In this document: piece after piece, positions 32,402-45,870 of the stretch
Numbering within the stretch: the stretch's first letter is position 1
Layout: each line of letters opens with the position of its first letter
Origin: the human T2T-CHM13v2.0 reference genome, Homo sapiens
NCBI RefSeq assembly: GCF_009914755.1
Contig: NC_060927.1
DNA: 64,000 bases
Strand: one strand, 5' to 3'
Made by a program: the position numbers and the translations under genes
The notes under the pieces: generated by a model
The model's input: only the letters and a program-made list of their open reading frames with translations
What the model was told of the DNA's origin: nothing
Database searches by the model: none

Positions 32402-33693
32402 AATACCACACAACTACAACCATCTGATCTTTGACAAACGTGACAAAAACAAGAAATGGGGAAACAATTCCCTATTTAATAAATGGTGCTGGGAAAACTG
32501 GCTAGCCATATGGAGAAAGCTGAAACTGGATCCCTTCCTTACACCTTATACAAAAATTAATTCAAGATGGATTAAAGACTTAAATGTTAGACCTAAAACC
32601 ATAAAAACCCTAGAAGAAAACCTAGGCAATACCATTCAGGACATAGGCATGGGCAAGGACTTCATGTCCAAAACACCAAAAGCAATGACAACAAAAGCCA
32701 AAATTGACAAATGGGATCTAATTAAACTAAAGAGTTTCTGCACAGCAAAAGAAACTACCATCAGAGTGAACAGGCAACCTACAGAATAGGAGAAAATTTT
32801 TGCAATCTACTCATCTGACAAAGAGCTAATATCCAGAATCTACAAAGAACTCAAACAAATTTACAAGAAAAAAACAAACAACCCCATCAAAAAGTGGGCG
32901 AAGGATATGAAAAGACACTTCTCAAAAGAAGACATCTACGCGGCCAACAGACACGTGAAAAAATGCTCATCATCACTGGCCATCAGAGAAATGCAAAGCA
33001 AAACCACAATGAGATACCACCTCACACCAGTGAGAATGGCGATCATTAAAAAGTCAGGAAACAACAGGTGCTGGAGAGGATGTGGAGAAATAGGAACACT
33101 TTTACACTGTTGGTGGGACTGTAAACCAGTTCAACCATTGTGGAAGACAGTGTGGTAATCCCTCAAAGATCTAGAACTCGAAATACCATTTGACCCAGCC
33201 ATCCCATTACTAGGTATATACCCAAAGGATTATAAATCATGCTACTATAAAGACACATGCATACGTATGTTTATTGTAGCACTATTCACAATAGCAAAGA
33301 CTTGGAACCAACCCAAATGTCCATCAATGATGGACTGGATTAAGAAAATGTGGCACATATACACCATGGAATACTATGCAGCCATAAAAAGGATGAGTTC
33401 ATGTCCTTTGCAGGGACATGGATGAAGCTGGAAACCATCATTCTCAGCAAACTATCACAAGGACAGAAAACCAAATACCGCATGTTCTCACTCATAGGTG
33501 GGACCTGAACGAGATCACTTGGACATAGGGCGGGGAACATCACACACTGGGGCCTGTTAGGGGGTAGGGGGCTGGAGGAGGGATAGCATTAGGAGAAATA
33601 CCTAATGTAAATGACGAGCTGATGGGTGCAGCAAACCAAAATAGCACATGTTTACCTATGTATCAAACCTGCACATTCTGCACATGTACCCTA

Positions 33694-33867
<174 letters not shown>

Positions 33868-36669
33868 TTAAACAAAGAATATAAAAGAGAGTATATGAAC
33901 AGTATCCAAATAAATAATCGTTGAAATTTTTCCAGACTAACTGAAGTCACAGATGGAAGGTCTGAGATGCAAGAAAAAACTGAGAGTAAAGATGCAGGTA
34001 TGTATGTGGGTAATTCCTTAACAGTTTAAAGGCTAAATCCACCAAAATTACTAGAACACAATCCCTGACCAGACTAGCTTTTTCTTTTTTTTTTTTCCTA
34101 ACTAAGAATAAGGGCTAGATGTACTATAAATAAACAAAATAAGGACAAGAGGACTTAGTAAAGAAAGTTATTGGAGACCAAATTTCAAGAGCTAAAGATT
34201 CCCTCTCCCAGTAGAAATATACTGTCCCTACTGCCAAAACTGTGTTTAGTTTATTAAATTAGGGTGAATTTTTAATGTGCAACTTTATGAAATAAAAAAA
34301 TTACAGTCTTATATTAGCTAAGGCTGAATATATTTTCAATTATATTGAAACAAACAGGATTCCAATTTCCACTAACTGTCGTCTTCAATGTGAGGTGAGC
34401 TATATAATACTTTGGCATACTCTACCTGTCAAATCTTCCAAGCACAACAGATTCTTTTACTTTTAAATGCAGTTCATTTAAAAGACCCTGCTAAGACTTC
34501 CAGAAGAAATCAAATGTAAATTCAAACTTACTTAGTAAAATTATGAAATTATGGCATTACACCTCCTAAAACAGAATCATAACTAATAGTTATATAAATG
34601 GTTGTTTTTTCAAATATTTAACAGATACCTAATTGAAGCATCACAATAACCTCATGGAATCCTGGCTTTATAGAACAGATATAATAATGGGTAAAAGCTT
34701 AGAATGTAAAAGAACATAGTGAACGGCATTAAAAAATACACAGAAAAGGATACATAAATTGAATGTAACAATGTAAAGAGAAAAAGATGTCCAAAATCTA
34801 ATCAACAGCTGCTTCTTAGCAGCATTCCCCATCAAATGAAATTGAAAGGACAATCATTAGGCATACATAGTAGATAAACTAAACGAAATGATGCATTAAC
34901 TTATTTGATTCATTGTCATCAATATGAACGAGATTGATGAACAAAATTTAGCGAGATTACTTTTTAAATTTAATTGCTTATTGAGCCTTAATAAGACTCA
35001 TATGGTACTACCTCCAAGGGTAGAAAAAAAGCTGGCCTGAGTGATTAAAACTTCCATCAGGTATAAATAAGTAAAGGCAGAGTGTGGCAAAAATTGTCAT
35101 CCATACTTAATCATGAACAATTAAAAGTATAAGCCATTCTGAAAAGCTGAGGGGTAAGGTCTTTAAATAAGAAAACTTCTCCAAACTAGACCATAGCTAT
35201 ATTGATTCAAAGTTAATGCCTCAGCAGATACAAAACACCAAACATCTTTACTGAGTGGTTTAGAAAAAAGTTGAATTTAAGCTGGAAATTTATGAAGTTA
35301 AAAAAAAGAAAATGCCTTATTTCAGCCAGACACAATGTTCAGGCTAGAAGAATATGTGGCCTTATCATTTCAAACTTTGGTTGCCCACACCAAATTTAAC
35401 TATCAAACCATTCTGATATAAAGAAAAAGAAAAATATTCCATAGTGCCTTCTGAGTTTTTACTCAATTATAATTACATTTGTACATATGTTTTTTAGCTG
35501 CTTCAAGTCTTTTCTGTGGAGAAAAAAAAAAGGTAGGCTTTAAAAAAAAATCCCTACATATATAGATACATCCATGCATAGAAAATGTTCCCAAAACTAA
35601 CCATTTCACTTGTACTTCCTGATCCCTACTTGAAACATAAATAAGTAGGCAAATTTTTAAGATATATTAAACATTAATATACTTTATAAGTAGATTTTTA
35701 AGTAAAAGCAAACTGCAAATTTTTTTTCAATAAAATCAAGCCACAAAGCCAAAATTCTTTATCATAAGATGTGCAAATGGCTTAAAATTTTAGGGAGTGG
35801 GTGGGAAAGACTAGTAGTTGAACTCTAAATCTGTCAAAAGAGGATGCAAGCTTACTACAGGAAGATTCTAATAACTGAAATCCCTGAATGTTTTAAGATT
35901 AAGATCATAGAACAGGGGATCACAAGCTTTCCCACCTAAACATCCCTAAATAAATGCCACAACAGACAATGACCTCATACATATGAGAGTCTGGGAATAG
36001 AACCCAAAATTGCTATAGTGTCAATTTTCTGCCACATTAAGTATATGATCTTAAAATAATTGTGCTAATTCCTTTTTGACTCTACAATATCTCACTAAAA
36101 ATCATACTTAAAAAGAATGTACCACATTGATATTTGTGGGTTTTTTTGTTTTTTTTTTTTAATTTATTTTTTTATTGATAATTCTTGGGTGTTTCTCACA
36201 GAGGGGGATTTGGCAGGGTCATGGGACAATAGTGGAGGGAAGGTCAGCAGATAAACAAGTGAACAAAGGTCTCTGGTTTTCCTAGGCAGAGGACCCTGCG
36301 GCCTTCCGCAGTGTTTGTGTCCCTGATTACTTGAGATTAGGGATTGGTGATGACTCTTAACGAGCATGCTGCCTTCAAGCATCTGTTTAACAAAGCACAT
36401 CTTGCACCGCCCTTAATCCATTTAACCCTGAGTGGACACAGCACATGTTTCAGAGAGCACAGGGTTGGGGGTAAGGTCACAGATCAACAGGATCCCAAGG
36501 CAGAGGAATTTTTCTTAGTGCAGAACAAAATGAAAAGTCTCCCATGTCTACTTCTTTCTACACAGACACGGCAACCATCCGATTTCTCAATCCCTTCCCC
36601 ACCCTTCCCGCCTTTCTATTCCACAAAGCAGCCATTGTCATCCTGGCCCGTTCTCAATGAGCTGTTGGG

Positions 36670-37905
36670 CACACCTCCCAGACGGGGTGGTGGCCGGGCA
36701 GAGGGGCTCCTCACTTCCCAGTAGGGGCGGCCGGGCAGAGGCGCCCCTCACCTCCCGGACGGGGCGGCTGGCCGGGCGGGGGGCCGACCCCCCCACCTCC
36801 CTCCCGGACGGGGCGGCTGGCCGGGCAGAGGGGCTCCTCACTTCCCAGTAGGGGCGGCCGGGCAGAGGCGCCCCTCACCTCCCAGACGGGGCGGCTGGCC
36901 GGGCGGAGGGCTGACCCCTCCACCTCCCTCCCGGACAGGGCGGCTGGCCGGGCGGGGGGCTGACCCCCCAACCTCCCTCCCGGACGGGGCGGCTGGCCGG
37001 GCAGAGGGGCTCCTCACTTCCCAGTAGGGGCGGCTGGGCAGAGGCGCCCCTCACCTCCCAGACGGGGCGGCTGGCCGGGCGGAGGGCTGACCCCCCCACC
37101 TCCCTCCCGGACGGGGCGGCTGGCCAGGCGGGGGGCTGACCCCCCCACCTCCCTCCCGGACGGCACGGCTGGCCAGGCGGGGGGCTGACCCCCCACCTCC
37201 CTCCCGGACGGGGCGGCTGGCCAGGCGGGGGGCTGACCCCCCCACCTCCCTCCCGGACGGCACGGCTGGCCAGGCGGGGGGCTGACCCCCCCACCTCCCT
37301 CCCGGACGGCACGGCTGGCCAGGCGGGGGGCTGACCCCCCCACCTCCCTCCCGGATGGGGCGGCTGGCCGGGCGGGGGGCTGACCCCCCCCCCACCTCCC
37401 TCCCGGACGGGGTGGCTGCCGGGCGGAGATGCTCCTCACTTCCCAGATGGGGTGGCTGCCGGGCGGAGAGGCTCCTCACTTCTCAGACGGGGCAGCTGTC
37501 GGGCGGAGGGGCTCCTCACTTCTCAGACGGGGTGGTTGCCAGGCGGAGGGTCTCCTCACTTCTCAGACGGGGCGGCCGGGCAGAGACGCTCCTCACCTCC
37601 CAGACGGGGTCTCGGCCGGGCAGAGGCGCTCCTCACATCCCAGATGGGGCGGCGGGGCAGAGGCGCTCCCCACATCTCAGACGATGGGCGGCCGGGCAGA
37701 GACGCTCCTCACTTCCTAGATGTGATGGCGGCTGGGAAGAGGCGCTCCTCACTTCCTAGATGGGATGGCGGCCGGGCGGAGACGCTCCTCACTTTCCAGA
37801 CTGGGCAGCCAGGCAGAGGGGCTCCTCACATCCCAGACGATGGGCGGCCAGGCAGAGACACTCCTCACTTCCCAGACGGGGTGGCGGCCGGGCAGAGGCT
37901 GCAAT
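36670..37905 (-). repeat. SVA VNTR (GC/CpG-rich ~35-50 bp tandem units)
   Basis: Repeated units such as ggggcggctggccgggcggggggctgacccccccacctccctcccggac and ctcctcacttcccagacgggg. Confidence 0.95.
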
Positions 37906-37935
37906 CTCGGCACTTTGGGAGGCCAAGGCAGGCGT

Positions 37936-38002
37936 CTGCTCCTTGCCCTCGGGCCCGCGGGGCCCGTCCGCTCCTCCAGCCGCTGCCTCCCGGGCGGCGC
38001 TC
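37936..38002 (-). pseudogene. MAST2: MAST2 exon 1 3' fragment spliced into the SVA Alu-like domain
   Basis: Minus strand reads APPGRQRLEERTGPAG, then after a 1-nt deletion PEGKEQ, matching the recalled MAST2 N-terminus. It ends GAGCAG and joins ACGCCTGCCTTGGCCTCCCAAAG, the SVA_F1-type junction. Confidence 0.93.
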
Positions 38003-38020
38003 CTCAGCATTTCTTTACTC

Positions 38021-38064
38021 TTTTTTTTTTTTTGAGACGGAGTCTTGCTGTCACCCAGCCTGGA
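38021..38064 (-). mobile_element. Alu 3' end plus A-tail, 5'-transduced inside the SVA insertion
   Basis: Minus strand TCCAGGCTGGGTGACAGCAAGACTCCGTCTC-A13, located inside the SVA TSDs. Confidence 0.88.
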
Positions 38065-38092
38065 CTTACACCATGTTCTTTAAGGTGGGAGC

Positions 38093-38239
38093 CTACTGAT
38101 TTCCCCCGACCCCAGACTGGGCGGCGGCCTCCAGCTTGCCCTCGAAGGTGAAGTCCAGCAAGTCGGGCTTGAGGCAAAGGCTGCAGTTGATGGGGGAGAC
38201 ATCGGCAGGCAGCCGCTCGAAGGGCCTCTTCTCCGGCAT
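38093..38239 (-). CDS. Potential 48-aa chimeric micro-ORF (NPEPPS MPEKRPF...AAAQ + SGVGGNQ*)
   Basis: ATG at 38239-38237 in GCCGCGATGC context; TAG at 38095-38093. No evidence of expression. Confidence 0.2.
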   Translation of the reverse strand: MPEKRPFERLPADVSPINCSLCLKPDLLDFTFEGKLEAAAQSGVGGNQ

Positions 38240-38272
38240 CGCGGCGAGGCCCAGGCTGTGGAGGCGGCGGCC
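38117..38272 (-). pseudogene. NPEPPS: Retrocopied first-exon fragment of an NPEPPS-family gene (puromycin-sensitive aminopeptidase; probably an NPEPPSP1-type paralog)
   Basis: Translates RRLHSLGLAAMPEKRPFERLPADVSPINCSLCLKPDLLDFTFEGKLEAAAQ, matching the recalled NPEPPS N-terminus except INYS>INCS. Homology stops at ...GCCGCCCAG, the expected exon 1 end. Confidence 0.92.
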
Positions 38273-38460
38273 ACCACATTGATATTTGTACTTCTTCACA
38301 TACTCAGCTCTAAAGAGTTGAACTAGAGGGTCTCACCTTTTCTGTTCAAACCAGAACTGTATACCTTTGTGAAAGAGCACATATTTTATATTTGAAGGAA
38401 AGCTAATCTAATAAATTCCTAGGTTTAATCAGTGATTGTCTCCTAGAATCAACTTTACTT

Positions 38461-38490
38461 ACACACACACACACACACGCGCGCGCACAC
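38461..38490. repeat. (AC)n(GC)n microsatellite
   Basis: acacacacacacacacacgcgcgcgcacac. Confidence 0.9.
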
Positions 38491-39899
38491 CCCACTAGTG
38501 AGATGTTTTACTTTTAAACATGTATTTCTTGAATGCTTGACCCTTACAATGTATCATGTACTGTATTATAGAAGTATAATCGATAACCATGTTATAGACA
38601 ACTTTTTTCAACAATTAAGGATTAACTCTACTATTACATTGCAAATATTAGCAAGAAAATCAACCGGAGATAATGCATGCCTTGTTTTCACCTAATTATA
38701 AAAATTATCTTAAAAGGTTATGACTTATATAATTAGAAGTCATAATTATGCATAATTATATATTTGAGTTTAAATTATATTAAATTAAATATTCTGAATT
38801 TAAATTATCTTTGTTTTATAATTAAGCCATTCTCATAATTTGTATAAAAATCCTTTAACAAAAAAATTAGATCTAATCTAAAATTTTAAGAAAGACCTTT
38901 TTTTTTTAAAAAAAGTCATTAATTTTCAGTCATCTTTTGGACTGACATTTACATGTAAAGAGATATAGGTTATTATTTTTGCATTTAAATTATCTACAAG
39001 GGTAAATAAAAATCATTAACAAAAGATTGTTTTGAATTTTCAAATTTAAATTAGTGGACTTCCTAAACTTTGGGATAATTTCGGTAAATGTTTTTTGCTT
39101 CAAAATTACAAACTTCTATACAATTATAAATGTAATTTTCACCTAACTTATTTAATTTGAGATAAATTCAAAGATATCATGAATAGTTATTATAACTTTT
39201 AACTACACTATATTTGAGATACTTATTTTTATAACACTTTAAGAAAAAAATTACAGGTCATGCATTATTCCCACTTCTTTTTATTGTTAATTTATCTCAT
39301 TTATAAAAAGTGATCTCTGTGTTCTGGGGGAAAAAAAGCTTTCACTATGACATTATATCCATTTTCTCTCTTCAATAAATTTATAAAATTTTCACAGTTA
39401 AGTGTAACTTATTCAAAAAATGTTAGTTAACAAGATTTTTAAGTACATTTTATTAGCAAAGTTCCTAGAATCACTTAGATCCCTAAATTTAATTTCCTAG
39501 TTAGTTACTGAAAGGATTACTTAACTACTATAATCAGATACCTTTACAACATCAACAAAATCAATGGAACAAAATGTCAAAATAGAAGAAATCTGTCATG
39601 TTTCTGCTGGGAGCCACTTATTCCTATATATTCTAATATAAAAAGATGATGTAAAACAAAATAAACAGTTGCTGGATTTATCATGGTTTTCTCCTTTGTG
39701 AATTAAGCACAAACTTAATGGTTAATGCCAGTCAAAACAGCTTCTTCACAGTTATACACATAAACTAAACAATGAATATATAAAAATATATCCTTTTCTC
39801 CAGAGGAAGCCCAGTTAACTTCCTGAACAGGAAGAATTAAAAACAACCAAAGAAACAAACAAAAAAAATGCAACATGCTGTACCAAGTACCAGAAAAAA

Positions 39900-40900
39900 T
39901 TCATCAATGAGTGTATTTTTGTTGTTGAGAAATTTTCAACTCTAAAAAAGGTAATATTACAAACATCTGTGTTCCCACCAACTAGAATTTATAACAAATG
40001 ACATTCACGTTATGCAATCAAATTCACATAAATATGAAACCATATTTGGTTCACTTTATGTACACATAAAGGAATAACTAGAGATAAAGTTGACGCCCAC
40101 TGTTCACCACCCCCAGTGGCATTCCCCTTCTTTACCTCCTTACTAGCAACCACTATCATGAAATTGGTATGTGGCCTCCTAATTCATTTTCCACATTGTC
40201 AGTTACGTATTTAAATAACAGAATGTGTTTCATATATTTTTTCAGTTTTCATAAATGATACCATACTGAAAGTACTTGCTTCTTTTAATTCCACATTTTT
40301 GAGATCTACTACTGTATCTATCCATCTACTTTGTTCCTTTTAACTATGCTTTTATCAAGTAGCGAATCACATATGCATAGCACATTTTATTTATCCATTC
40401 CCCTGCTGATGGACATTTAGGTTATTTCTAATTTTTCACAATGTCAATGCTTTAACACATATCCTTTCTGTACAAGTTTCTTTGTTCACTTGTGTTTCTC
40501 TAAAAGACAGTTTCTCAACCTCAGAATTCTTGATATGTTGGGCCAGATAATTCTTTTATTATGGGGGGGTCTGTCCTATAAATTGCAGAATGTTTAACAG
40601 CAACCCTGGCTTCTACCCACTAGAAGCCAACATTACTCCTGAGGTGTGACAACAAAAAGTATCTCCAAGCATTGCCAAATGTCCCTTGAGGGGTAAAACC
40701 GCCCCTATTCAGAACCACTGTTCTAAAGTCTATACAAAAGTAAAATTCATGGGTTATATGTATTGATATATTTTCCATTCTACCGGATACTGTCCAACTG
40801 TTCTCCAATCACTCTATCAACTTAAACTCCCACCAGCATATAATACCTCTGGGTTCCAAACATCCTTGCCAAAATTTGATAATGTATGATGATTTCAGTT
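39900..40900 (-). mobile_element. Ancient L1ME-type 3' fragment (contains MER20)
   Basis: tttatttatccattcccctgctgatggacatttaggttatttctaattttt motif. Confidence 0.65.
40505..40720 (-). mobile_element. MER20
   Basis: tttctcaacctc...gggccagataattc...cattgccaaatgtccc...agaaccactg. Confidence 0.88.
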
Positions 40901-42271
40901 TTTCCAATAAAATACATCTTTCATTTTCCAAAGGGAGACCGTCACTGGAACCATTCAAGAATAACAGGTACATATGCACCACTTCTAAGCAATTATAAGA
41001 TAAAAACTCTAAGCTTAAACGAGGTAAATTACCTACATTATATTTCCTTCTTCTTTGCCTTTGTTCTGTTAGGCCCTTTTTTCTTGGCATACATGCATAT
41101 TAGTATTAATATAATGAATTAATTCTAACTTTATAAAATTTATTTTACCTGTAAGCTTCAAAATTATGATACTTGGTCCACATTTCTTAATAAAACTTTC
41201 AAGAGAATACAAAGAGTTTTAAATAACTCGCTTCAAATCTTTCGAAAGAGATCATGACTTATCAAAGATTCATCACTCTTACACTTTTAATTGCTGGCCT
41301 GTACATGTAAAGGCAGACTGGATATTCACAATGGAAATAACTATTTCTAAATTCTCTATCTATAAAACAATTTATTGAGCAAACTGACTCTAAAAATGGA
41401 GTCAGATTGAATCAAGATGATAGACTAAACATACATTCTGCCTTCCCCTCCCACCCTAAATCCACAGAAATTAGATACACAATTTCTAGTTCCTGATTTT
41501 CAGTTCCCTATAAAAATTAACTGCAATTCCTGCTTATCAGTTCTATGAGATAACTTTGTAGCTTTTTAATATAAACTCTCACTTGGATAAGCAATCTTAT
41601 ATGGGTTTCTGTTACTGGCATTCAAAGAACCTTGTCTAACGGCACATTGAAATAATAATGATTCCACTGATAATGATTCTAACATAACCAGACTAGAAAG
41701 CCAAGGCAGGCCAGAAACTAAGAGGAATACCAGAAAGACAGAAAAGACCTTATTGTAGCTTAAAAAAAATTTTTTTTAATTAAAAAGAATCCTGTACAAA
41801 TTGCTGCAAAATATAGGAGTTGCTGTTGCTCTGAGGGTGACCCAAGTACAAAAAAGTCATGTACTTGAAGCTAAAGGAATTCTTAGAGCTATCAACAACA
41901 TGCATAATAAGAATACCCAGGCAGGCTACTCCTTCCCCACCTCTCACCTGCGGCACTACACCCCACGGCCAAGCAACTAGTAGGAAAAGTATCTGTCCTC
42001 TCGGGAAGGAGCAATGAGCATGGGCCCTTGATTAAAACCAAATTATTTAGAAGCCTTGTGCTCAATCTAAAGAATACATACCTCAACATTTTGTAATAAG
42101 TAATCATTAAAGATTTCTGGACAACTATATACAATGATCAAAGCAGTGTTTTAGGAAGATTAATCCAGTATCAGTAAAAATGAACTAAGGGGAGAAAAAA
42201 AATACAGATAGCAAAGTCAGTCGAGAAACAGTACAGATATAGTGGGGCCTGAAATCCAGATAGAGACCTTA

Positions 42272-43034
<763 letters not shown>

Positions 43035-43329
43035 TGTTTTCATTTATTTAATCCTTAAGAAAACAGTTATTAAAATCTTTATTATAATATCCCTAGCACT
43101 TAGCATTCATTATTAAATTAATCTTAGGATTATAAGGTCTAAAATGATACTAGAGTTTGGCGCCTGAGATGGTCGTATGAGGCAATAAAGACAGAAGTCT
43201 TGAGAGAACACTAGATTAAAAATACTAATGGTTATTTCCATTTTAGAAATGCTGAGTTTTTTCCTGTGAATTTCATTTTTGTTTTAAAAAGGTATTTTTA
43301 TACTAAATTTATGTATAAAAGTTTTTAAC

Positions 43330-43980
43330 TTTGCATTATGAAGTACTTGATACATGCAAAAGAATACATGTATTAGTTACAGATATGTTACAAAGCATAA
43401 AAATAATATGAACATGATAAACTTACCTATAAACCTAAGAAGTAGAACACTACCAATATCTTCAAGCTCCTGGTATATTCCTCCATAATTCTAATCTTCT
43501 GCCCCCCTCATACATAGATAATCATTATCCCAAATTTTATCTTAATCATACCCTTTTCCTTAATGTTTTACTCTATATTTATGAACAATTAAACAATATA
43601 TTGCTTAGTTTTTAACTTGTTTTGAAGTTTCTCATTGAAAATAGTATCATACGTATTTTTCAGTGAAGAAACACTACATATTTTTTCATTAAATATTATG
43701 TTTCTAAGATAATCAATGTGTACACATGTGGCTTTAGGTCATTCATTTGCACTGCTATATAACATTGCAATGTATAAATATGCCATAACTTTTTCATCCT
43801 ATCTCCTACTGATGTATTTACAGGTTTTCAGTGTTACAAGCAGTGCTTTTATGAAGTATTCTTGAACATATCTCCCAGTGCACACCTCCAAGAGTTTCTC
43901 TCACACAACCACAAGTGGAATTGTGTTGAAGGTAATGTGCATGTTCCATTTTACAAGATAATGCCAAACTGTCTTTACTT
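43330..43980 (-). mobile_element. Ancient L1ME-type 3' fragment
   Basis: cattcatttgcactgctatataacattg...tcctatctcctactgatg...agagtttctc...gataatgccaaactg. Confidence 0.6.
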
Positions 43981-45169
43981 TATTACAAAGACAAGTTATT
44001 AAAATTTGAAAGCCAGTACCAAAGAACAACAATGTAAAACACATGCTTAATTAAATGTATGTCACAGACAAGCAAACAAATTCACAATAAAAATAATCAT
44101 CACCATTCTGAATGTCACTGCCCAGCATCACAGGCTAAAATTATATAAGCACCTCATAGGAAACTGTCTCCTTACTCCCTTCTCTTCTCTCGGTGAAATC
44201 ATTACCATTTCTATGTGTTACTCTCTTGGACAAGGTTTTCTGGGTACCAATAACAGAAACCCACACAAAGTTGCTTAGCCCAAAGTGACAACTTTTATTA
44301 AAAAGAAATAATGGTCTCCCACAGAACTGATGAACAAGAATTTTACAATAGATCTTTACAAGAGTCTGGAAATCAGAACCGCAAAGCTGCCAGGAATTAA
44401 GGCTATTGCATCTCTCAGGGACTTCAGACCTCCCTGGCAGTGGGCATCATTTTGTTTCCCACATGCCAGTCCCCTCTGTTTTTATAATGACCACAGGCTA
44501 GCTATGGCTGTCTCAGCCTCAGTTTTACATGTATTTCTAGAAGAAAAGCCTTACAGAATCAAACTTGCATCTCTGCCATCCATCATTTTTAAATTGTTGA
44601 AAACTACTTAGCCCAGTTTAACATACAGTCCTACTCATGGTCCTAACAGCTATGTATCGGGAATACGAGAGTCCCACTTACATAGCTGCAAAGGCCCACC
44701 ATTGGAGCAGAAGTATCACTTCTCAGACAAGAAGGGCTCAAGCTGAGCAGGCAACCAAGAAAGCATCTAGAACAATAACCAGTGAAAAACAGTATAAAGC
44801 ATAAAGGAGAGCCACTCTGAGACGCCTAACTGTAATTCCACACAACTCAGAGCCCTGGAATCAGCATTTTAAGGTGAAATAAATAAATTAAATAGTCAGT
44901 AATTCTGAGAGCAGATACCAGCTTATCACTGGCTATACATACCACTCTCCATCCCAGTGTCAAAAGCCATTTATGACCCTTTCTGACAGCCTACTTTTTA
45001 TGTTTCTCCTATCCCTCCCATTCTTCATCAAACTCCCTGCAGCATATGATGCAATTAACTACCCCTGACTTAAACCTCTCTCTTTACTTGATTTATCTGA
45101 CGAAGTCGTCTCCTGGTTCTTTTCTGACCTGTCAGTTTTCTTTACTCGCGTATTTTTCTCTGTTTAAGT

Positions 45170-45869
<700 letters not shown>

Positions 45870-45870
<1 letters not shown>

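Larger units (their letters stand above)
36138..38272 (-). mobile_element. SVA_F1 (MAST2-SVA) retrotransposon with composite 5' transduction
   Basis: 17-bp TSD accacattgatatttgt at 36121-36137 and 38273-38289. Poly(A) appears as a T-run at 36141-36160 and AATAAA as tttatt at 36163 and 36171. SINE-R ~36161-36670, GC-rich VNTR ~36670-37905, truncated Alu-like domain to 37935. No CCCTCT hexamer; MAST2 exon 1 takes its place. Confidence 0.97.

Noticed and set aside
36670-37905. Repeat array as CRISPR-like
   Set aside because: Tandem SVA VNTR units without unique spacers, in human DNA.
36164-38151. Many overlapping Pro/Gly/Arg-rich ORFs
   Set aside because: Stop-poor SVA VNTR and SINE-R sequence.
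38117-38299. Window being the NPEPPS or MAST2 locus itself
   Set aside because: Only partial first exons, inside SVA TSDs, with no splice donors or downstream exons. The track ORF start (MKKYKYQC) comes from flanking DNA and the TSD.
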